A stretch of DNA of 64,000 nucleotides from an uncultured bacterium (lineage in GTDB: Bacteria; AUK180), in the NCBI GenBank assembly GCA_937863565.1, contig CALMGJ010000009.1:1-64000 (forward strand), in the 5' to 3' direction. The notes under the pieces are model-generated. The model ran no database searches and had not been told where the DNA came from. It was given only the letters and a program-made list of their open reading frames with translations. The stretch's first letter is position 1, and the number at the start of each line of letters is the position of its first letter. Below, in pieces: positions 58,771 through 64,000 of the stretch. A program made the position numbers and the translations under genes.

Positions 58771-58977
58771 ACGGATACTCCTTTTCATTGAGGACTTGTT
58801 CGAGAATGCCCGAAAACTTCTTGGGGTTTCTCCGCTATTGAACTTAATCATTACTTACAGGTCAGATGACACTGATAAACAATGCCCCAATCTCTATTAT
58901 TTTATATCATATTATCCATTCTATTTCAAATCGGGCGTTCCATGCCGCAGAAAGCGGCCGGCGCCCGTGTTGCGGCA

Positions 58978-59874
58978 TCAGAATGTAAAGGAGATCTTAT
59001 CCCTGCCTTCCGTTTTGCTTTTATAGAGCATCTTGTCCGCTCTTTCTATGAACGATTTCACCGTATCGTTCTTTTTCAGCATTGTGGCACCGGCCGATAT
59101 CGTCGTAGCGCACTGACGTCCGTTATGCAAGATCATAAGCGCCTTGATAAGATATTTGATCCTTTTTGCAATGAATTGAAGTATATCTTTGTTGATCTCG
59201 GGAAGAACGACAATGAATTCGTCGCCACCCCACCTGATAAGCGTATCATCCTGACGGATGCAGCTTTGTATCGTTTTTGAAGCTGCGGCAAGCACCCTAT
59301 CCCCGGCTTCATGTCCGTGAGCATCATTGATGGTCTTAAAGAGGTCCAGGTCGAGATATATCAGCCCGAGGTCTTCCGTTTCCCTGTGTTCGCCTACTTC
59401 CCTTTCAATATAGCCTTCTCCGAAATTGCGGTTCTTTGCTCCTACCAATTTGTCCGTCGTTGCAATATTCTTTAGTTTTCTGATCACATTTATCGCATTG
59501 AACAATTTCCGGTTGTCCGAAAAAACGCCTATCGCGCCGCCGATCTCTCCTTTTAAATCAACGATGTGTGTGGTCTTTATTCTGACGGGTATCCTTTCCC
59601 CTTTCCTGTTGCGCAGCATAAGAACTGTTTCGAAGTTCTTCTCTCCGTACATTACCTCCATGAGGGGACATCCTTTGTGGCAAGCGCTTTCTCCGTTATC
59701 CGATATGAAGCAGAAATTATTATCCGAACATTTTTTATTCTGCATCTCCTCTGAACTGAAGCCCGTGATACGCTCGGCGCCATTGTTCCAGTAGATGATG
59801 TGTCTGCTCTTGTTTGTTACGAAAACCCCGTCGAACATTTCCTCAATGATCTTATGATAGTATTCTTTCTTCAT
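58978..59874 (-). CDS. PAS-GGDEF diguanylate cyclase (paralog of 51381-52271)
   Basis: WNNGAERITGF; DLDLFKTIND.HGH..GD; RWGGDEF. Confidence 0.92.
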   Translation of the reverse strand: MKKEYYHKIIEEMFDGVFVTNKSRHIIYWNNGAERITGFSSEEMQNKKCSDNNFCFISDNGESACHKGCPLMEVMYGEKNFETVLMLRNRKGERIPVRIKTTHIVDLKGEIGGAIGVFSDNRKLFNAINVIRKLKNIATTDKLVGAKNRNFGEGYIEREVGEHRETEDLGLIYLDLDLFKTINDAHGHEAGDRVLAAASKTIQSCIRQDDTLIRWGGDEFIVVLPEINKDILQFIAKRIKYLIKALMILHNGRQCATTISAGATMLKKNDTVKSFIERADKMLYKSKTEGRDKISFTF

Positions 59875-59932
59875 CCGGTTTTTTCGGCCATATATTTTTT
59901 CCGGCCGATTAAATTATTTTCCTCCTCATAAA

Positions 59933-59961
59933 ATTATAATGAATATGTGCTGAAAAGTCAA
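59933..59961 (-). promoter_or_regulatory. sigma70-type promoter
   Basis: TTGACT-17-TATAAT. Confidence 0.7.
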
Positions 59962-60133
59962 TGATATATCCCGGTCCGGAACATTCATGCCCCTGTCCGT
60001 GAAAGGGACAAAGTAAATGCGCTTTAAACACTGTTTCTTTTTATTTCCCAATAAATCGGCTCTTCGCTTTATCTGCGCAAAAAAAATGAAAAAAAGATTT
60101 TACCCGATCAGGCTAATAGATTTTTGTAATCGA

Positions 60134-60157
60134 CGGGAGGGGCTTAAGCCCCTCCCG
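60134..60157 (-). terminator. GC-rich hairpin downstream of the OMP gene
   Basis: CGGGAGGGGC-TTAA-GCCCCTCCCG perfect palindrome; no clear U-tract. Confidence 0.55.
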
Positions 60158-60165
60158 GATATCGA

Positions 60166-61014
60166 TCAGAAATTAATGCCTACTCCGAAATAGATCTCAA
60201 AACCGGTCATATTGATCTCGGCTTCTTGGAAATTGGAAATATCCGGATCGGCCTCATAGGCCTCCTTCTCCTCGGGCGTAAGATTGTCCCAAAGATGATA
60301 GTCCGCCGTATCGAAGGAGTACATCGTGGTGCCGTTGATATCTCCCTGGCCTTCATAACCCGAAATCTTGCCCAACCGGCCCGTAACTCCCAAGAACAGA
60401 GAGAACATTTCGGAAAGCGCATACTCCCCTTTGACATTGACGAGCCCTGCAATACCGCTGCCTTTGAACTCTTCCGGATCAGAAAGTCCCAGATCCGTTC
60501 CATTGACCGTGTTTATGGTCTCTTCGTTCGTGATCTTGCTCATATAGTATTCGAACCCGAGACCGAGATAGAGATTCATCGCATCGCTTAAATTCATTTT
60601 GTAGTATACGTTCAATCCGAGGGGGAAGGCCCAGTTCTTCAGCTCCATTTCGTTCTCTATCACAACAGCGCCGGATGCCGTATCCATCTGCGTGTTAAAA
60701 ACGGATGTAACCGTTCCGGGAATGCCGATCTTGAGCGCTACAAGAAAATCGGATATCTCCGCCCCGATCTCTACATTAGGCCCGATGAAACCGGTTATCT
60801 GGTCACCGGTTACAACAACATTATCATAGCCGAAATACGTATAAAGATCGGCCGTGGCCTGGGACATACCCTCGATCATGTCATTGAAATCCCCATTTGA
60901 GATCATCGTATATCCGCCGTTGAGGAACAGTTTGAATTTCATGTCACCCGCGGAGATAGGAACGATCAAAAGCAGGGCAAGTACGACCGCCAGCATTTTC
61001 GAGAATTTTTTCAT
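60166..61014 (-). CDS. Outer-membrane beta-barrel protein
   Basis: Signal peptide; amphipathic strands; C-terminal YFGVGINF; RBS AGGAGG. Confidence 0.75.
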   Translation of the reverse strand: MKKFSKMLAVVLALLLIVPISAGDMKFKLFLNGGYTMISNGDFNDMIEGMSQATADLYTYFGYDNVVVTGDQITGFIGPNVEIGAEISDFLVALKIGIPGTVTSVFNTQMDTASGAVVIENEMELKNWAFPLGLNVYYKMNLSDAMNLYLGLGFEYYMSKITNEETINTVNGTDLGLSDPEEFKGSGIAGLVNVKGEYALSEMFSLFLGVTGRLGKISGYEGQGDINGTTMYSFDTADYHLWDNLTPEEKEAYEADPDISNFQEAEINMTGFEIYFGVGINF

Positions 61015-61163
61015 GTCTCCTCCTTTCGATAAGATCAACTTATCATGATAAAGTTTAGTATTTTTCCGCGTAAAAGTCAATACAGAATTCCTTTATTCGG
61101 TAATTTATCGCAAATAATCAAGAAAAATATTGAAATTAGCATGAAATAATATTAAAATTAACT

Positions 61164-62129
61164 ATGAAGATTTTCATTGTCGGTGCGACAGGATTCATCG
61201 GAAGCCATCTTGTGGATCACCTGAACAGTGTAGGCATTTCACCTTTCTGTATGGTCAGAACCGAGCCGAAATGGATCCGGGGAAAGAACTACACCTGTGT
61301 AAAATGCAGTGATTTTTCCGGGGAACATATCTCGAAACTGCTGGGCGAGGCCGAATATATCTTCTATCTCGGCGGCGTTACCAAAGCATCCTCATATGAA
61401 GAATATGTGAAGGGTAATCATTCTGCTTTCGTGGAATTCTACGAAAAACTAAAATCCTGCGGGAAGAACTGCAAATGGCTTTGCTATATCAGCACTATGG
61501 CGGTGAACGCCCCGAATCCGGACGGTAGTCCCATTACAGAGGATTCGCCTTTGAACCCCGTCTCCCACTACGGCAAAAGCAAAGCCCTCAATGAGGAATA
61601 TCTGGCCGGTAAAAAGGATTTCCCTGTTCTCGTCGTCCGCCTGCCCGGCGTTTACGGCCCAAGAGACCTGGATTTTCTTGAATATTTCAAGACCGTACAG
61701 AAAGGATTTGCTCCGGTCTTCGGCAAAAAACCCGAAACATCCCTTATCTACGCCGGGGACATCGCCGAGGCACTTTTTGCAGCCATGAAAAAAGGCCTCA
61801 GCGGTACTTATTACATCTCGGACGGGAGGACTTATACATACGGCGATATAGCCCGAGAGGCGAGAAAATTATTGAATAAAAAGGCCGTTTATGTTAAAAT
61901 ACCCATTATTTTGGCTAAAATATTTGCCCATCTGAGCGAGCGTATAAAAGTACGCAATATCGTTAATGAGCAGAAAGTAATGGAGATCTCCGCAGGCAGC
62001 TGGTTGTGTTCGAACGCGAAGATCCTCTCGGCCCTTCCCGAATGGCGGCCGAAGGTCTTTATGCCCGAGGGGTTTAGAATGACCGTCGACTGGTATATAC
62101 AGAACGGTTATCTGGAAAAAGGAGTGTGA
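61164..62129 (+). CDS. NAD-dependent epimerase/dehydratase (extended SDR)
   Basis: GATGFIG, YGKSK, VYGPRD. Confidence 0.9.
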   Translation: MKIFIVGATGFIGSHLVDHLNSVGISPFCMVRTEPKWIRGKNYTCVKCSDFSGEHISKLLGEAEYIFYLGGVTKASSYEEYVKGNHSAFVEFYEKLKSCGKNCKWLCYISTMAVNAPNPDGSPITEDSPLNPVSHYGKSKALNEEYLAGKKDFPVLVVRLPGVYGPRDLDFLEYFKTVQKGFAPVFGKKPETSLIYAGDIAEALFAAMKKGLSGTYYISDGRTYTYGDIAREARKLLNKKAVYVKIPIILAKIFAHLSERIKVRNIVNEQKVMEISAGSWLCSNAKILSALPEWRPKVFMPEGFRMTVDWYIQNGYLEKGV

Positions 62130-62130
62130 A

Positions 62131-63318
62131 ATGACGGGTGATCTGTTCCAAAAATGCTATAATTTCAAGGATGCCGACATGGTAAAGGACATGGGGATCT
62201 ATCCCTATTTTACCCCGATCGAGTCGGCCCAGGAAACAGAGGTCTATATAGAAGGCAAAAAAGTTCTCATGCTCGGATCCAATTCTTATATGGGACTCAC
62301 TTTCGACGAACGCGTTAAAGAGGCGGCGATCGAAGCTGTTAAAAAATACGGCGTAGGATGCGCCGGTTCGAGATTTTTAAACGGCACGCTTGACCTTCAT
62401 CTCGAACTTGAGGAGATCCTGGCAAAATTCTTGAGAAAACCCGAGGCTCTTCTTTATTCCACAGGGTATCAGACGAATCTCGGCGTAATTACCGGGCTTA
62501 CCAATAAAGATGACTATATCCTGGCAGATAAAATGGACCATGCCAGCATCATAGACGCATGCAAGCTTTCATTTGCATCAACAGTACGGTTCAATCATAA
62601 TGATGCCGCCGATCTTGATCGGAAAATGGGCAATCTGCCCAAGGAGGCAGGGAAACTCATCGTGGTTGACGGGGTTTTCTCGATGGAGGGCGATATAGCC
62701 CCCCTGGATAAGCTCATACCGGTGAAAAAGAAACATAATGCCCGTATCCTCGTGGATGACGCTCATTCTGTCGGAGTTCTGGGTGATACGGGCAGAGGAA
62801 CGGCCGAGCATTTTCATTTGGAAGAGGAAACGGACCTCATCATGAACACGTTCTCCAAGACTTTCGCAACGATAGGAGGCTATATAGCCGGCGAGAAAGC
62901 CGCAATAAATTATCTCAAGCATCATTCAAGGGCCCTTATGTTCAGCGCTTCTCTGCCGCCTGCGGCGCTCGGCGCGGTGAAGAAGGGTCTCGAGATACTT
63001 CAGGAAGAGACATGGAGAAGGACAAGGCTCTGGGAGATCACAAAGATGATGCGCGAGGGGTTCCAGGCAATGGGCTTCAGCACAGGCGAGAGCGTTACTC
63101 CCATCATCCCGCTTCGCATAGGCGATATGTTCACAACCTTCAAGATGAGAAAGATGCTCCTTGATGCGGGGGTTTTCGTAAATCCTGTTGTTCCGCCCGC
63201 CGTTGCCCCGACCGATTGTCTTGTAAGGACAAGTTTCATGGCGACGCATACGGACAGCCAGATGCAATTTGCGCTTGATACATTCAAGAGCATCGGCAAG
63301 GAGCTCAAGGTCATATGA
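62131..63318 (+). CDS. spt: Alpha-oxoamine synthase, probable serine palmitoyltransferase
   Basis: GIYPYF, GSNSYMGLT, GCAGSRFLNGTLDLH, DHASIID, DDAH, TFSK. Confidence 0.75.
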   Translation: MTGDLFQKCYNFKDADMVKDMGIYPYFTPIESAQETEVYIEGKKVLMLGSNSYMGLTFDERVKEAAIEAVKKYGVGCAGSRFLNGTLDLHLELEEILAKFLRKPEALLYSTGYQTNLGVITGLTNKDDYILADKMDHASIIDACKLSFASTVRFNHNDAADLDRKMGNLPKEAGKLIVVDGVFSMEGDIAPLDKLIPVKKKHNARILVDDAHSVGVLGDTGRGTAEHFHLEEETDLIMNTFSKTFATIGGYIAGEKAAINYLKHHSRALMFSASLPPAALGAVKKGLEILQEETWRRTRLWEITKMMREGFQAMGFSTGESVTPIIPLRIGDMFTTFKMRKMLLDAGVFVNPVVPPAVAPTDCLVRTSFMATHTDSQMQFALDTFKSIGKELKVI

Positions 63319-63698
63319 CGCCTAATCCCAAGAAGATCCTCGTTGTTGATGACAGCAAGTTCGCAAGGACGATCCTCGTGAACGGCCTTAAAAAAGAGGG
63401 TTTCAATGTTATCGAGGCAGAGAACGGACAAGAAGCGGTTGAGATCACAAAGATAGAAAAACCCAATCTGATAATCATGGACGTAGTAATGCCTGTCTTG
63501 AACGGCATCGAGGCCACTAAGGTGCTGAAGAACCTGAATGAAACGAACAAGATCCCCATTCTTATACTGACAGGACAGAATTCTAAGGAGGAGATACTCG
63601 AAGGTTTCAATGCGGGAGCGGACGAATATCTCTGTAAACCCTTTAAGTTCACGGAGCTCATCGCAACGCTCAAGACGCTTCTCAATCTATATAAATAG
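63315..63698 (+). CDS. Single-domain response regulator
   Basis: ILVVDDS, IMDVVMP, ILT, GADEYLCKPF. Confidence 0.92.
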   Translation: MTPNPKKILVVDDSKFARTILVNGLKKEGFNVIEAENGQEAVEITKIEKPNLIIMDVVMPVLNGIEATKVLKNLNETNKIPILILTGQNSKEEILEGFNAGADEYLCKPFKFTELIATLKTLLNLYK

Positions 63699-63701
63699 GA
63701 C

Positions 63702-64000
63702 ATGGAAAGGGACTATTACAAGATCCTCGGCGTTTCGAAGAACGCCAGCACGGAAGAAATAAAGAAGGAATACCGTAAACTCGCGATGAAATGGCATCCG
63801 GATAAGAACCCGGAGAACAGATCACAGGCCGAGGACGAGTTCAAGAAGATCAATGAGGCGTACAGCGTCCTTTCCGATCAGGAGAAGAGAAGGATATACG
63901 ACCTGTACGGCACAGATGGCCTGAAAGGGCAGTACGGAGAACATTATGAGGACGAGTTCATTTCATCCCTTTTCGAGGGATTCGGTTTTTTCGAGAACTT
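63702..64000 (+). CDS. dnaJ: DnaJ-domain chaperone (5' part, truncated by window end)
   Basis: [11 protein letters not shown]...KWHPDKNP...[14 protein letters not shown]-domain. Confidence 0.8.
   Translation, partial: MERDYYKILGVSKNASTEEIKKEYRKLAMKWHPDKNPENRSQAEDEFKKINEAYSVLSDQEKRRIYDLYGTDGLKGQYGEHYEDEFISSLFEGFGFFEN

Noticed and set aside
59985..60035. c-di-GMP-I riboswitch near the cyclase (TGTCCGTGAAAGGGACAAAG)
   Set aside because: Only a short hairpin, lacks the full GEMM consensus, and is on the strand opposite the cyclase, upstream of its promoter.

Overview
Bacterial chromosomal window with dense genes, probably from a diderm anaerobe (TonB, beta-barrel proteins, lipoproteins, a T9SS/FlgD-like C-terminal domain); the taxon cannot be determined from the sequence. 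In order: a truncated 23-bp palindromic tandem array; a receiver protein with a long acidic repeat linker; an ArsR/permease/thioredoxin/CcdA/CMD redox operon; three stand-alone TPR genes; tRNA-Ser(TGA) with a structured ~260-bp element and a duplicated tRNA 3' end; a beta-barrel plus Ig-lipoprotein operon; housekeeping genes (rsfS, rlmH, argS, valS, murJ, ribE-ribBA-ribH-nusB); a molybdenum hydroxylase / DUF2877-FdrA-DUF1116 / CoA-transferase catabolic cluster; an AT-rich ~6-kb island (DUF2188-like + HAD phosphatase, HEPN-like protein, type III R-M) separating that cluster from a convergent cyclase + nitrilase pair; a secreted clostripain; a trehalose cluster bracketed by two paralogous PAS-GGDEF genes; and an epimerase/reductase + serine palmitoyltransferase-like operon running into dnaJ. 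The best candidates for new biology are the DUF2188-HAD/HEPN cargo of the R-M island, the N-heterocycle catabolic cluster, the tRNA-linked structured element and the edge repeat array. All family calls come from motif recognition by eye, not database searches.
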